Shown one piece after another: positions 1 to 10,262 of a stretch of 64,000 nt of DNA (the first letter of the stretch is position 1; each line of letters opens with the position of its first letter). The translations under genes and the position numbers were made by a program. The DNA comes from an uncultured Chloroflexia bacterium. Lineage in GTDB: Bacteria; Chloroflexota; Anaerolineae; CG2-30-64-16. The stretch covers positions 256,001 through 320,000 of the forward strand of contig CAWEMM010000006.1 of NCBI GenBank assembly GCA_963810095.1. Direction: 5' to 3'. The notes under the pieces are model-generated. The model did no database searches. It was not told the DNA's origin and was given only the letters and a program-made list of their open reading frames with translations.

Positions 1-616
1 TGCCTTCGTCGCGGGCCTGGACCTTAAGGAAGCCGCGGAGGTTTTCTCGTCGGGCCGCACCGACCTGGCGCAGGAAGCGCTGGCACGGGCGAAAGGGCTC
101 TACCGGAAGATCGAATGCTCGCAGAAACCCGTCATCGCGGCCATCAACGCGGTCGCGTTGGGCGGCGGGCTCGAGCTGGCGCTGGCATGCCACATCCGCA
201 TCATGGCCGACCGGGCGCGCATCGGGTTGACCGAAACAAACCTGGGCCTGATCCCGGGCTGGGGCGGCACCCAGCGGCTGCAGCGGGTGGTGGGACAAGG
301 CAAGGCGCTCGAATTGATCCTGTCTGGCGACATGATCAACGCGCAGGAGGCGTTCCGCATCGGGCTGGCCAACAAGGTGGTGCCCGCGGGCCAGGTGCTG
401 CACGAGGCAATGGGCATGGCCAAGAAGATCGCGGCCAAGAGCAAGCTGGCCATTGGCGCAGCCATGACCGCGGTGGTCGAAGGCGGCGAGATGCCGCTGG
501 ACGAAGGCCTGAAGTTCGAAGGCGAGCAGTTCCTCCGCCTGGTCGGCAGCCACGACCTCGTCGAAGGGATCAGCGCGTTCGTGCAGAAACGGCAGCCGAA
601 GTTTACCGATAGTTAA
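1..616 (+). CDS. Enoyl-CoA hydratase/crotonase family protein (5' truncated by window edge)
   Basis: Motifs AFVAGLDL, AINAVALGGGLELALACHIRI, ETNLGLIPGWGGTQRL and C-terminal EGISAFVQKRQPKF. Confidence 0.93.
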   Translation, partial: AFVAGLDLKEAAEVFSSGRTDLAQEALARAKGLYRKIECSQKPVIAAINAVALGGGLELALACHIRIMADRARIGLTETNLGLIPGWGGTQRLQRVVGQGKALELILSGDMINAQEAFRIGLANKVVPAGQVLHEAMGMAKKIAAKSKLAIGAAMTAVVEGGEMPLDEGLKFEGEQFLRLVGSHDLVEGISAFVQKRQPKFTDS

Positions 617-676
617 TTGTGATTGCAGGCGAGCGGCAGCGAAGCTGTCGCTCGCCTGCAAAAGGAAATCCCACCA

Positions 677-2712
677 ATGGAAATGCGCCTGGATGCACCG
701 CAAATTGCGGTGTTCATCGACTTTGAAAACGTTGCTACATCCGCAGAAGCCAATTACGGCGATTTTGACGTAACGGCCGTCACCGACCTGCTGCGCTCGC
801 GGGGCGGCTTCTGATTAAGCGCGCATACGGCGATTGGGGCCGCTTTCACCGCTACCGCCGGCCGATGCTCGAAAACGGGGTCGACCTCTTGCAGTTGTAC
901 TCCGTCGGCATCCAACAGAAGAACCGGGCCGACGTCCGGTTGGCCATCGACGCCATGGAGACCGTCTTCACCCGGCCCAACATCGACGTCTACGCCATCG
1001 TTTCCGGCGACTCGGACTTTACCGAGTTGATTCACAAGCTGCGCGATTACGGGAAATACACGATCGGCATTGGCCTGCATTCGGCCACCTCCGACCTGCT
1101 GCGCCGGGCGTGCGATGAGTTCATCTTCTATGAAACACTGATTACCGAGGAACTGGACGACATCGCCAATGAGCTGCAGCTGCCCGACCCCCGCGAATTG
1201 CTGCGCCGAGCGTTGGTCGCGGCCGAGCAGAAGGGCGAAGTACCGGTTTTCGCCGGCCGGCTGAAGCAGATCATGCTGAGCCTCGACTCGTCGTTCAACG
1301 AGGCCAACTACGGCTACCAGCAATTCCGGTCGTTCCTGGAGGGCCAGCTCAGCCTGGTAACCTTGCAGGAAACAGACATGCAGCTTTATGTGAAGCTGCG
1401 CAAGCCCGGCGACGCGTCCGGCGGCTCGCCGGTGGGGCCGCTGACCGAAGCGCCTGCGCCGCCCATTGCCAAGCCGGTCGGCGACGTCGACCCCAGCCAG
1501 CGCTTCCGCAGCTTCCTGCGCGAGGCCGGGCTGCGCGTCATCGAGTCGGCCACACGCCAACAGGTGCTTGTGGACTTCCTGGCCGCGGTGCAGGCCGCCC
1601 CCACACCCCTCTCGCTAAACCAGGCGGCCGACTTGCTCAAGGACCGCTACGACGCGGAAAACGCGCTGACCCAGAAGATCGCGGTTGCCGAGATGATGCG
1701 CTTGCTGGTGATGAGCGACGCGCTGCGGTACGAAGGCGGCCAGGCTGGCAGCGACGCGCCGCTCCTCGACCCGCAATCGCTGGCGCTCGATGCGCTGAGC
1801 ACGGCCTGTGACTGCGTGTACGTCGCACGGGTGATCGAAGGGGGCGTCCCGGTGGATGCAGAGGCCCTCGCGCCGGTGCTGTACGGGCCAGGGGCCACAC
1901 CCGACCGTGTGCTGCTGCTGTGCGAGCGGCTGTCTGCGCTGGGCTTTGCGGCGCTGGCCGATGGCGGCTGCGCCGTGGCCGGCAGCCTGATCGACCGGCT
2001 GCTGGCACGCGAAGAACTGGCCCTGGCGGCAGCCGGACTGGCGAAGGTCGCGCTGCCCGGAGGCGAGCCGACCGTGGCCCTGGCCGAGAGCCTCTTCCGC
2101 GAGGCATCGGACCTGCGGCAGAAGGACTTCGCCGGCAGCGCGCAGCGCTACCTGCAGGCCGCCCGCATCCAACTGGACGCGGTGCGGGCGGGGCAGCCGC
2201 GGGCCGGGTTCGACGACCTGAAGTGGTACCTGGCAAGCTTCTGTTCGGTCAAAGCGGGGCACGCGTTCGTGTCGGGCAACTACGGCGAGGCGGTCCCCTA
2301 CTACCTGGCGTTCTTCGGCCTGGCGCAGGAGGCCGACTGTGTGTGGCCGCGAATTCAACGTCTCGTCAATCCGATGGCGAGCTACTACTTCGCCATTGCC
2401 GGCAAACGGCTAAACGAGCCCGTGCCCCAGAACCTCGGCCGCTCGCCTGCTGCGCAGGTGGCGCTGCGCCTGCACAATCACGCGAACCCGCAGGTGGGCG
2501 CAGGGTGGGAGGATCTGATGCGCCGGCTCGCATCCGTGAACCTGGGCATGGTGCGAATGACGTTCCGGGAACTGACCGGCCTGGCCGGACCGGTAACGCA
2601 AGTGGGCGACCCGGCGCGGGTCGAACACACCCGGGCGTTCCTGGCCGACCTGATCGCTCACTGCCAGGACGCGCCGGTGGTGGACATGCTCGTGCCCGTT
2701 GCCGAAGGATAA
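677..2712 (+). CDS. NYN (LabA/DUF88, PIN-like) domain protein with OST-HTH/LOTUS domain and helical C-terminal extension; one frameshift near 810
   Basis: AVFIDFENV in one frame continues as KRAYGDW...KNRADVRLAIDAM...IVSGDSDFTELIHKLR...ACDEFIFYE in the next. LOTUS-like LKQIMLSLDSSFNEANYGYQQFRSFLE follows. Confidence 0.85.
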
Positions 2713-2714
2713 TG

Positions 2715-2788
2715 ACCAGAAAGAACGAAGGAACAAAGCTTCACTAAGGCTGCCCTTCGCGAGCCTTCGATTCTTTGGTTCTGTGGTG
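2715..2788. repeat. REP-like inverted repeat, family A (9-nt-periodic arms)
   Basis: accagaaagaacgaaggaacaaag ... ccttcgattctttggttctgtggt directly after the stop codon. Confidence 0.6.
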
Positions 2789-2834
2789 AGTGATCGAGCC
2801 GATGAAGCGCTCTCGCGAGAGGAAAGGAGCCGCC

Positions 2835-4002
2835 ATGGACTTCGTACTGACCGAAGAACAGCAGATGTTCCAGAAACTGTTTCGCGACTTTGCGACAAAA
2901 GAGGTGGCGAAAGTTGCAGAACAGACCGACAAGCAGGAAGCGTACCCGGCCAAGTTGATCAAGCGCGCTGCAGGGCAGGGCTTTCTGGGCGTGTTCGCGC
3001 CCGAGGAACCGTACGGCGGCGCGGGGTTGGACTTCACCACGTACACGCTGCTGGCCGAGGCCATGGCCGCCGAGTGCGCCAGCACCGCGCTCACACTGCA
3101 CGTCCACAACGTCCTGGCGCTTCGGACGCTCGTGAAGCACGGGACGGAAGTTGCGAAACAGGACCTCGTGCCCGAAATGGTTGGCGGCGATCGGATCGGC
3201 GCCTTCGCTCTTACCGAAAGCGGGGCAGGCAGCGACCCGACGCGCCTTCGAACGGTGGCCTGCAAGGAAGACGGTCACTGGGTTATCACGGGCAACAAGA
3301 CGTGGGTCTCGAACGCAGGTGTGGCAGGCGTCTACATCGTCTTTGCCGCCACAGATCCCGCGGCCGGGGCAAAAGGCATCAGCGCTTTCGTCGTCCCGGC
3401 CGAGGCTGACGGGGTGGTGCTGGGCGGCCGCGAGAAGACGCTGGGGCTGCGCGGCGCGCAAATTCACCGCCTGTACCTGAAGGGTGTGCGCGTGCCGCAA
3501 GACTACCTGCTGGGCCAGGAGGGCGGCGGCTACAAGATCGCGATGGAGACGCTCGACTACGGCCGGGTGGGCATCTCGGCGGCAGCCGTGGGCGGCGCGG
3601 CGGAAGTCGGTGGAGCTTGCCACCGTGTTTGCCACCCAGCGCAGCCAGTTCGGCGCCAGCATCGCGACCAAGCAAGCGATCCAGATGTACCTGGCCGACG
3701 CCGCAACGCAGGTGCAGGCAGGCCAGTGGTTAGTGCGCCATGCCGCCTGGCTGGCAGACCAGGGGCAGCCTTTCACCCAGGAAGCGGCGATGGCGAAGCT
3801 GTACTGCGGCCGGATGGCCGGCGAAGTGACGAACAAGATGCTCCAGGTGCACGGCGGCGCCGGCTTCATCGCGGACTACCCGATCGAGCGCTACTACCGC
3901 GACGCGCGGGCCATGGAGCTTGTCGAAGGCACGTCGCAGATGCAGCAGATCGTTATCGCGGGCGGCCTGCTTGGCCCGGCCGGCATCAAGGTGAGGCCGT
4001 GA
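2835..4002 (+). CDS. Acyl-CoA dehydrogenase; frameshift near 3600
   Basis: AFALTESGAGSD, GNKTWVSNA, TLDYGRVGISA; second frame RSQFGASI...YPIERYYRDARAMELVEGTSQMQ. RBS aaggag before ATG 2835. Confidence 0.92.
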
Positions 4003-4005
4003 TTT

Positions 4006-4078
4006 ACCGCCAAGACACAAAGTCACGAAGACTCACAAAACCTTTGTGAACCTTCGTGTCCTCGAGTCGTCGTGGTGA
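4006..4078. repeat. REP-like inverted repeat, family A
   Basis: taccgccaagacacaaagtcacgaag ... ccttcgtgtcctcgagtcgtcgtggtga between the two ACAD genes. Confidence 0.65.
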
Positions 4079-4098
4079 GCGTAGTTCTGGAGGGAAGA

Positions 4099-5265
4099 AT
4101 GGATTTTACGCTTCCGAAGCACCTGCAGCTTTTCAGAGAGATGGTGCGTGAGTTCGCCGAGCAGGAAGTGCGGCCCAAGGCCAAGCAGGTCGACGCGCAG
4201 GGCTGGCCCGACATGGATGTGGTTCGCAAGCTGGGCGAGAACGGCCTGCTGGGCATTCCCTTTCCCACCAAGTACGGCGGGGGCGGGCTGGGCGAGCAGG
4301 GCTACTGTATCCTGATGGAAACCATGGGCGGCGTCTGCACCTCCACCGCGACCTTGATCGGGGCCCACATCGGGATCGGCGTGATGGCGCTGTATCTCGG
4401 CGGCACCGAGGACCAGAAGAAGAAGTACCTGCCCGACCTGTGCAACGGCCGGAAGATCGCCGCGTTCTGCCTGACCGAACCAGGCGCAGGGTCGGATGCG
4501 GCGGGCATCAAGACACGGGCAATCAAGGACGGCAACAACTGGGTCATCAGCGGCAACAAGATCTATATCACGAACGGACCCATTGCCGACGTGTTCACCG
4601 TGCTGGCCGTCACCGACCCTGGCCTGGGCGCGCGGGGAGGTGTAACGGCCTTCATCGTCGAAAAAGGCTACGCAGGCGTCTCGGTTGGCACGGTCGAACA
4701 CAAGATGGGCATTCGGGGCAGCGCGACCTCTGAGATGATCTTCGACGAGGTGGTCGTGCCGTCGGCCAATGTGCTGGGCCAGGTCGGGGCGGGGTTCGTC
4801 ACCTTCATGGCCACACTCGACACGGGGCGCCTTGGCTTGGGCGCAGCCTGCCTGGGCGGCGCAGATGCCGCGCTGGAGACCATGTGCCGGTACGCGGCGG
4901 GGCGCCAGCAGTTCGGCAAGCCAATTGCCGAGAAGCAGATGATCCAGTGGATGATCGCAGACACCGCATCCGAGGTGGAAGCCCTGCGCTCGATGGTCTA
5001 CCGGACCGCATGGATGGTCGATACCAACCAGCCGTACACGAAGGAAGCCGGCATCTGCAAATTGTTCGGCTCGGAGGTGGCCGCGCGGGCCATCAACCGG
5101 GCGGTCCAGGTGCACGGCGCGCTCGGCTACGACCGCGATTTCCCGATCGAACGCAACTGGCGCGATGCGCGCATCGCGGAGATCTTTGAGGGCACCAACG
5201 AGATCCAGCGCATCGTCATCGCCGAGCAGATGCTGCGCCCGTATGGCGTGCGCGTGCGGCCGTAA
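4099..5265 (+). CDS. Acyl-CoA dehydrogenase (butyryl-CoA DH-like)
   Basis: AFCLTEPGAGSDA, GNKIYITNG, KMGIRGS, RQQFGKPI, RDARIAEIFEGTNEIQR. Confidence 0.95.
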   Translation: MDFTLPKHLQLFREMVREFAEQEVRPKAKQVDAQGWPDMDVVRKLGENGLLGIPFPTKYGGGGLGEQGYCILMETMGGVCTSTATLIGAHIGIGVMALYLGGTEDQKKKYLPDLCNGRKIAAFCLTEPGAGSDAAGIKTRAIKDGNNWVISGNKIYITNGPIADVFTVLAVTDPGLGARGGVTAFIVEKGYAGVSVGTVEHKMGIRGSATSEMIFDEVVVPSANVLGQVGAGFVTFMATLDTGRLGLGAACLGGADAALETMCRYAAGRQQFGKPIAEKQMIQWMIADTASEVEALRSMVYRTAWMVDTNQPYTKEAGICKLFGSEVAARAINRAVQVHGALGYDRDFPIERNWRDARIAEIFEGTNEIQRIVIAEQMLRPYGVRVRP

Positions 5266-5283
5266 CGGCGTCTTGTGACCGGT

Positions 5284-5316
5284 AGACCTCACAGGTTTTG
5301 GAAATCTGCGGGGTAT
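5284..5316. repeat. Short REP-like palindrome (family C)
   Basis: agacctcacaggttttggaaatctgcggggtat, an imperfect hairpin between ACAD and the etfB-like gene. Confidence 0.45.
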
Positions 5317-5333
5317 GGACCAGGAGGAAACGG

Positions 5334-6104
5334 ATGCGAATTATCGTGTGCATGAAACAAGGCGTTGACCCGCAGAGCGTCAAGATCTCGCGCAGCCGCG
5401 AAGAGCTGGACTTGCGCGAGGCTCGCATGCGGACCCAGCCCGAAGACAAATATGCGCTCGAAGCGGGCCTCCGACTTAAGGAAGTGATGGGTGCGGAGGT
5501 GATTGCCCTGGTTGCCGGCGGTCGCAGCGCGGAAGACACCGCACGCGAAGCCGTGGCCATGGGCGCCGACAAGGCGGTCCTGATCGTACAGAAGGGGCAG
5601 CTGACCGGGCGGGCGGCGGCCGCGCTGCTGCAGGCCGGCATCGAACGACTCGGCGGAGCGGACCTCGTCCTCGCCGGCCGGTCGGGCGATCTGGACACGA
5701 TTGGCCCGCTCGCCGGCCGGCTCGCCGCCATGCTCGACCGGCCGCTGCTGATGGACGTCATTGCCTTCGAGGAAGGACCGGCGGGCCTGGCGGCCCTGGC
5801 GGCCTGCGACGGGGGGGCAGTGCGCGTGCCAGTCGCACTGCCCGCCGTCGCGCTGGTCATGCCCGGCCCCGAGCGGCCGCGTTACCCGCACCCGTCGCGG
5901 ATCGCGGTCGCCTGGAACGAAGGGTTTGTACAGGTTTGGCCGGCGGCGGAGTTGGGTGTCACGGAAGAGCAGTTGGCCGCGGAGGCGGAGATGGGCGGCC
6001 TTGTCTTGGGTGCAGAACGGCAGCGCGGGCAGGTCGTGAGCGGCTCGCCGGCCGCAGCTGCCCAGGAACTGGCCGGCATCCTGAACAGCCGTAGGCTGCT
6101 CTGA
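5334..6104 (+). CDS. Electron transfer flavoprotein beta subunit, divergent
   Basis: MRIIVCMKQGVDP, DKYALEAGLRLKE, AREAVAMGADKAVLI, PERPRYP; RBS aggagg. Confidence 0.85.
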   Translation: MRIIVCMKQGVDPQSVKISRSREELDLREARMRTQPEDKYALEAGLRLKEVMGAEVIALVAGGRSAEDTAREAVAMGADKAVLIVQKGQLTGRAAAALLQAGIERLGGADLVLAGRSGDLDTIGPLAGRLAAMLDRPLLMDVIAFEEGPAGLAALAACDGGAVRVPVALPAVALVMPGPERPRYPHPSRIAVAWNEGFVQVWPAAELGVTEEQLAAEAEMGGLVLGAERQRGQVVSGSPAAAAQELAGILNSRRLL

Positions 6105-6145
6105 ACCTTGCTGCGGCAAGTGCGGCTGAAGTAAGGAGACCAAGT

Positions 6146-7147
6146 ATGGGCTTTGATCTTTCCGATCTCCAGGCATTGATGGGTGGATCGTTTGAAGAGC
6201 CGACCGGTGAGACGGGCGGCGTTTGGGTGGTGACGCCCGACGGTACGATTGATGACGGCATGCTGCGGCTGATCGGCAAGGGCCGGGTGGTTGCGGATGC
6301 GCTGGGCAGCTATGTCTACCTGCTTGCCGGGTGCAATGCGGCGGGCGCCGATGCCGAGGGCGCGATCCAGGCCGGAAGCGACAAGGTGCTGACCGGGGGC
6401 GGCGTGCCGGGCGTGAACGACCTGGTCGAGTTCTTCCGCGAGCGGCAGCCAGACGCCGTGCTGCTGCCCCGCACCCAGCTCGGCCGTAGCCTGGCGCCAG
6501 GGCTGGCGCAGCTGCTTGGAGCCAGCCTGTGCCGCTATGCGGCCGACCTGGCCGTCGACTCGGTATACCAGCGCCTGGTGGCGCACCAGCCCGTGCTAGA
6601 TGATGCGGCACGGGTGCAGGTGGGGCTGCTGGGCAAACCCGCGGTCGTGCTGATGGATACCGGGCTGCTGCCCGCAGCGTTCAAGGAGTCGTGGCGGCAG
6701 GGCGAGGTGACCGACACCGGGCTCAACTGGGCCGAGCCGCCGATGTACGAAATGGTGGAGCTGCCCCCCAACCCGGCTGCCCTTCGCAACGCGGCAACGG
6801 TCGTGGTGGCAGGTCAGGGGCTGCAGGACGAGACAGGCTTTGGGGCGGCTAAGGAGCTGGCCGAGGCGCTGGGGGGCGTGCTCGCGGGTGATGTGACTGC
6901 GCTGGACGCGGGCTGGATCACGGAAGAAGCGCTCATCGGCCTCACGGGCACGACGATCGCCCCCAAGCTCTGCATCGCACTCGGCGTCGACGGCGACACG
7001 AGCTTCATGATGGGGGTGGCAGAAGCAGGTTGTGTGGTGGCCGTCCAGGCCGACGGCGCTGCGCCGATCGTCCCATTTGCGGATTATAACGTGGTAGGTG
7101 ACCCGGCGGAGTTTGCCCGGGCGCTGGCCGACGCCGTGCGGAAGTAG
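6146..7147 (+). CDS. Electron transfer flavoprotein alpha subunit, divergent (FAD motifs degenerate)
   Basis: C-terminal LRNAATVVVAGQG...LAEALGG...LDAGW...IGLTGTTIAPKLCIALGVDG...APIVPFADYNVVGD aligns by eye with EtfA. Confidence 0.82.
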   Translation: MGFDLSDLQALMGGSFEEPTGETGGVWVVTPDGTIDDGMLRLIGKGRVVADALGSYVYLLAGCNAAGADAEGAIQAGSDKVLTGGGVPGVNDLVEFFRERQPDAVLLPRTQLGRSLAPGLAQLLGASLCRYAADLAVDSVYQRLVAHQPVLDDAARVQVGLLGKPAVVLMDTGLLPAAFKESWRQGEVTDTGLNWAEPPMYEMVELPPNPAALRNAATVVVAGQGLQDETGFGAAKELAEALGGVLAGDVTALDAGWITEEALIGLTGTTIAPKLCIALGVDGDTSFMMGVAEAGCVVAVQADGAAPIVPFADYNVVGDPAEFARALADAVRK

Positions 7148-7155
7148 AGAAACCT

Positions 7156-7225
7156 TCACAGAAAGGCACAAAGAACCCGAAGCGGCACAAAGAGAGCTTT
7201 GTGAATCTTTGGTTCTTTGTGTCTT
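7156..7225. repeat. REP-like inverted repeat, family A
   Basis: cacagaaaggcacaaagaacccgaag ... ctttggttctttgtgtctt between convergent genes. Confidence 0.65.
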
Positions 7226-7246
7226 CCTGTTAGTGGCCCATTTCGT

Positions 7247-7556
7247 TCACCACTGGAAGCCGCCCTTGAAGGGGATCACCCGACGCGTTACCCTCCCGGT
7301 GTAGCCCTCGAGCCGCTTCATCATCGAGCGCCACTCGTCAGACTCCATGGCGCGGTGCACGCGAATGCAGGTCGTCGGCCACGAACCCGATCAGCCGCGC
7401 CGGGTACGAGCCGTAAGCCGTGTGCCAGGCGTCGGTGGGGGTGAGGCCAAGCTCCTGGGCCTTCGGAAGGAACTCTTCCAGGACGAAGCGCCGGTAGGCG
7501 TTCTCATGGCCGGGCTTGATATCGTAAGACAGCAGGAGTTTGACTTGTTCGCTCAT
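7247..7556 (-). CDS. Small hypothetical protein (dimeric alpha-beta barrel-like); frameshift near 7360
   Basis: MSEQVKLLLSYDIKPG...DAWHTAYGSYP continues in another frame to RVIPFKGGFQW-stop at 7247. Confidence 0.6.
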
Positions 7557-7558
7557 TG

Positions 7559-7783
7559 CTAAATCAACGTCTTCATCCGCAGCATGCGGTCTGTGAGTCC
7601 GCGGAGCGCATTTGCCGCAGACGGTTTGCCATCGCGTTCCAACTGCCGCGCCGCCGCGTCGGCCGTGCTGAAGAACGTGCCGTCCAAGCTCGCCAGGTTC
7701 AGGCTGACCAGTTGCATCAGTTCGCCTTCATCCTTCGCCTTCAATAGCTGCCGCACCAAATCCAGGGCTTCCTGTTGGGTCAT
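7559..7783 (-). CDS. Small helical hypothetical protein
   Basis: 74-aa ORF with protein-like composition, 2 nt from the next gene; TATAAT upstream on the minus strand near 7805. Confidence 0.65.
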   Translation of the reverse strand: MTQQEALDLVRQLLKAKDEGELMQLVSLNLASLDGTFFSTADAAARQLERDGKPSAANALRGLTDRMLRMKTLI

Positions 7784-7816
7784 GTTGAATCAGTCCTCAC
7801 GCCGATTATAGCCTTT

Positions 7817-7853
7817 TCACCACCAAGGCACAAAGAGACGAAGGCGCACAAAG
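7817..7853. repeat. Family A repeat, single arm
   Basis: tcaccaccaaggcacaaagagacgaaggcgcacaaag; no clear complementary arm. Confidence 0.5.
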
Positions 7854-7943
7854 CGGATACTCACCTTTCCGGTGACTGCGCAGCTTTGTCAGAACACCCC
7901 ACAACTCCGCAAGCCCTCATACGTTTAACGGTGTACATGGCTT

Positions 7944-7972
7944 TTGACACACGGTTTAGAGGCTAGTATAAT
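7944..7972 (+). promoter_or_regulatory. Consensus sigma-70/A promoter
   Basis: TTGACA (7944-7949), N17, TATAAT (7967-7972) upstream of the S1-domain gene. Confidence 0.85.
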
Positions 7973-8029
7973 ACCGAATCGCGGCTGGCAGGCCGCGCAA
8001 GTTTTAATCCTCAGAGGAGCAGGGACATC

Positions 8030-8812
8030 GTGGGGCAGGAAGGAAGCGCCCTCAACATTCCGCCTCGTAAGGTCGTCAAGACACTTGCAGTGGGTCAGGA
8101 AGTCGAGGGAGTCGTCAAGCGCGTCACCGAGTTCGGTGCGTTCATCGACATTGGCGTAGGCCGTGATGGTCTCGTCCATGTCTCTGAGATGGCTCAGGGC
8201 CGGGTCTCTAAGCCGTCCGACGTAGTCAAGGAAGGCGACAAAGTCCGGGTGTGGATCAAGGAGCTGGACCGGGAGAAGAACCGGATCAGCCTCAGCATGA
8301 TCGAACCGGGAACCACAACGCTGCGTGACCTGGAAGAGGGTTCAACCGTTCGGGGTCACGTCACGCGCCTAGAGCGCTACGGCGCATTCGTTGACATTGG
8401 GGTGGGCCGCGACGGCATGCTCCACGTCAAGGAAATGGGCCGCGGCTACGTCGAGAAGCCGGAAGACGTCGTCCACATTGGCGATGAGATCGACGTGCAG
8501 GTGATCGGACTGGATCGCCGCCGTGGTCGCATCGACCTGAGCATCAAAGAGCTGCTTCCGCCGGCTCCGGAGTCCGCAGTTGCGGGGGCTCCCACGTTCG
8601 GCGCAGCGCACCGAGATGAGGAAGCGCCGGTCGTCGTCGAAGAGCAGTTCCTCTCGCCCTTCGAAGTCGCGTTCCAACAGGCGCAGGGCGACCCTGACTC
8701 TCGACGCCGCGACCGCAAGAAGAAGACCCGCACGTGGGAATTTGAGGAAGATGAAGAAGAGGACCTGATCCAGCGGACGATCGCGCATCACCGCAAGAGC
8801 AAGGGCCAGTAA
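8030..8812 (+). CDS. Tandem S1 RNA-binding domain protein (2 x S1, charged C-tail)
   Basis: VTEFGAFIDIGVGRDGLVHVSEM and LERYGAFVDIGVGRDGMLHVKEM repeats. Confidence 0.9.
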   Translation: MGQEGSALNIPPRKVVKTLAVGQEVEGVVKRVTEFGAFIDIGVGRDGLVHVSEMAQGRVSKPSDVVKEGDKVRVWIKELDREKNRISLSMIEPGTTTLRDLEEGSTVRGHVTRLERYGAFVDIGVGRDGMLHVKEMGRGYVEKPEDVVHIGDEIDVQVIGLDRRRGRIDLSIKELLPPAPESAVAGAPTFGAAHRDEEAPVVVEEQFLSPFEVAFQQAQGDPDSRRRDRKKKTRTWEFEEDEEEDLIQRTIAHHRKSKGQ

Positions 8813-8898
8813 CTCAACTTCTGCTTTGTCTCAGACATTATGAACGCTAAGCCGGGACCGACACCCTGCCGACCCCGGCTTTTCCGCGCCCTGGCTCC

Positions 8899-8970
8899 AA
8901 ACACAAAGGCACCAAGACACAACGCCGGCAATTGAGCTGCCGGTCTATTGCGTCCTGGTGCCTTCCTGTT
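8899..8970. repeat. REP-like inverted repeat, family A
   Basis: acacaaaggcaccaagacacaa ... ttgcgtcctggtgcctt downstream of the moeA stop. Confidence 0.65.
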
Positions 8971-8983
8971 GAATGGGTGCCTG

Positions 8984-10259
8984 CTACCGGTCCATAATCA
9001 CGGCCACGTGGTCGCCGGCCGGTATCCCGTTGCTGTTCAGCGGCACCTCGACCACCCCTTCCGAGCGCACCAGGGTGAAAATGAGGTTGGACTTGCCAAA
9101 GACGGGCACCGCCCAGGTTTCGCCCGCCCGCTCCTCCAGCCGCACCCGGACAAAGTCTGCTCGGCCGCTGGCCGCAGGGATGTTCCGAGCGAGCCGCGCC
9201 GTCACAACGTGGGCAGCGTGGGGGTCGCGCACCTAGCATCAGCTGAATCGTCGGCACGACGAAGAACTTGAAGATGTTGATGCAGGAAACCGGGTTGCCA
9301 GGCAGGCCAAAAACCGGCTTGCCGTCGCACAAGGCCAGGATGGTGGGCTTTCCGGGCCGGATGGCCACCCCGTGGACGAGCACGCCCGGCAGTCCCAGTT
9401 TGTTGATCGCGCCGGCCGTCAGATCCCGGTAGCTGACCGAGCTTCCCGCCGTAACGACCACAAGGTCTGAGTCGCGATAGGCCTGCTGCACGACCGCGTC
9501 GATGCCGGCCTCGGTATCGGGCGCGATCGGGTAGTTCTGTGGGATGCCGCCGGCCTCCTGCACCAACCCCGCCAGCGTGTAGCTGTTAATATCGCGCACC
9601 TGGCCCGGCCCGGGCTCCTGTTCGGGTGGCACCACCTCGTCGCCCTGGCTGACGATGCCCACCCGCGGGCGCCGCGCTACCAGCACCTCCGTGATCCCCA
9701 CGGCCACGAGTCCGCCGATGTCCTGTGGCCTCAGCGTCTGCCCTGCTTCAAGGACCACGTCCCCGGCCCGGATATCCTCGCCCGGATAAATGCACGCGTC
9801 GCCGGCCGCGACGGGACGGTACACTTCCAACGCGTACGGCTCGAAACCCGGCTGGAGCGCGCGGCCGCCGAACATCGGCCCGCCTGCCCGGTGCGTCTGC
9901 TCGATCATCACGACCGCGTCCGCGCCCCGCGGCACCATGCCGCCCGTGTGGACGAGCGCAGCCTGGCCCGGCCCGATCACGAAATCGACGAGTTGGCCCA
10001 TCGGCGCTTCGGCCACGACGTCCAGATAGGCCGGCATGCCTGTCGATGCGCCATGCGTGTCGGCGGCGGAAACAGCGTAGCCGTCGACGGTGCTACGGAC
10101 GAACGTGGGAAGATCGTGCGGCGCTGTCGCGTCCTGGGCCAGCACTCGATGGAGCGCCCCGAACACCCGCATGGGCTCGGCAGTCGGCCGCGGGTCATAC
10201 TTCTCCCGGAACACGGCCCAGGCCGCTTCACCGGTCAGGAGGTTCAGAAACTCTGTCAT
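8984..10259 (-). CDS. moeA: Molybdopterin molybdotransferase MoeA; frameshift near 9230
   Basis: RSTVDGYAV, HTGGMVPRGADAVVMIE, GDEVV, RDINSYTL, RPGKPT, GLPGNPVS; C-terminus GRADFVRVRL in ORF 8984-9232. Confidence 0.92.
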
Positions 10260-10262
10260 AGC

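Noticed and set aside
812-814. TGA in the NYN gene as selenocysteine or readthrough
   Set aside because: The homologous sequence continues in a different frame (LLIKRAYGDW), so this is an indel, not recoding.
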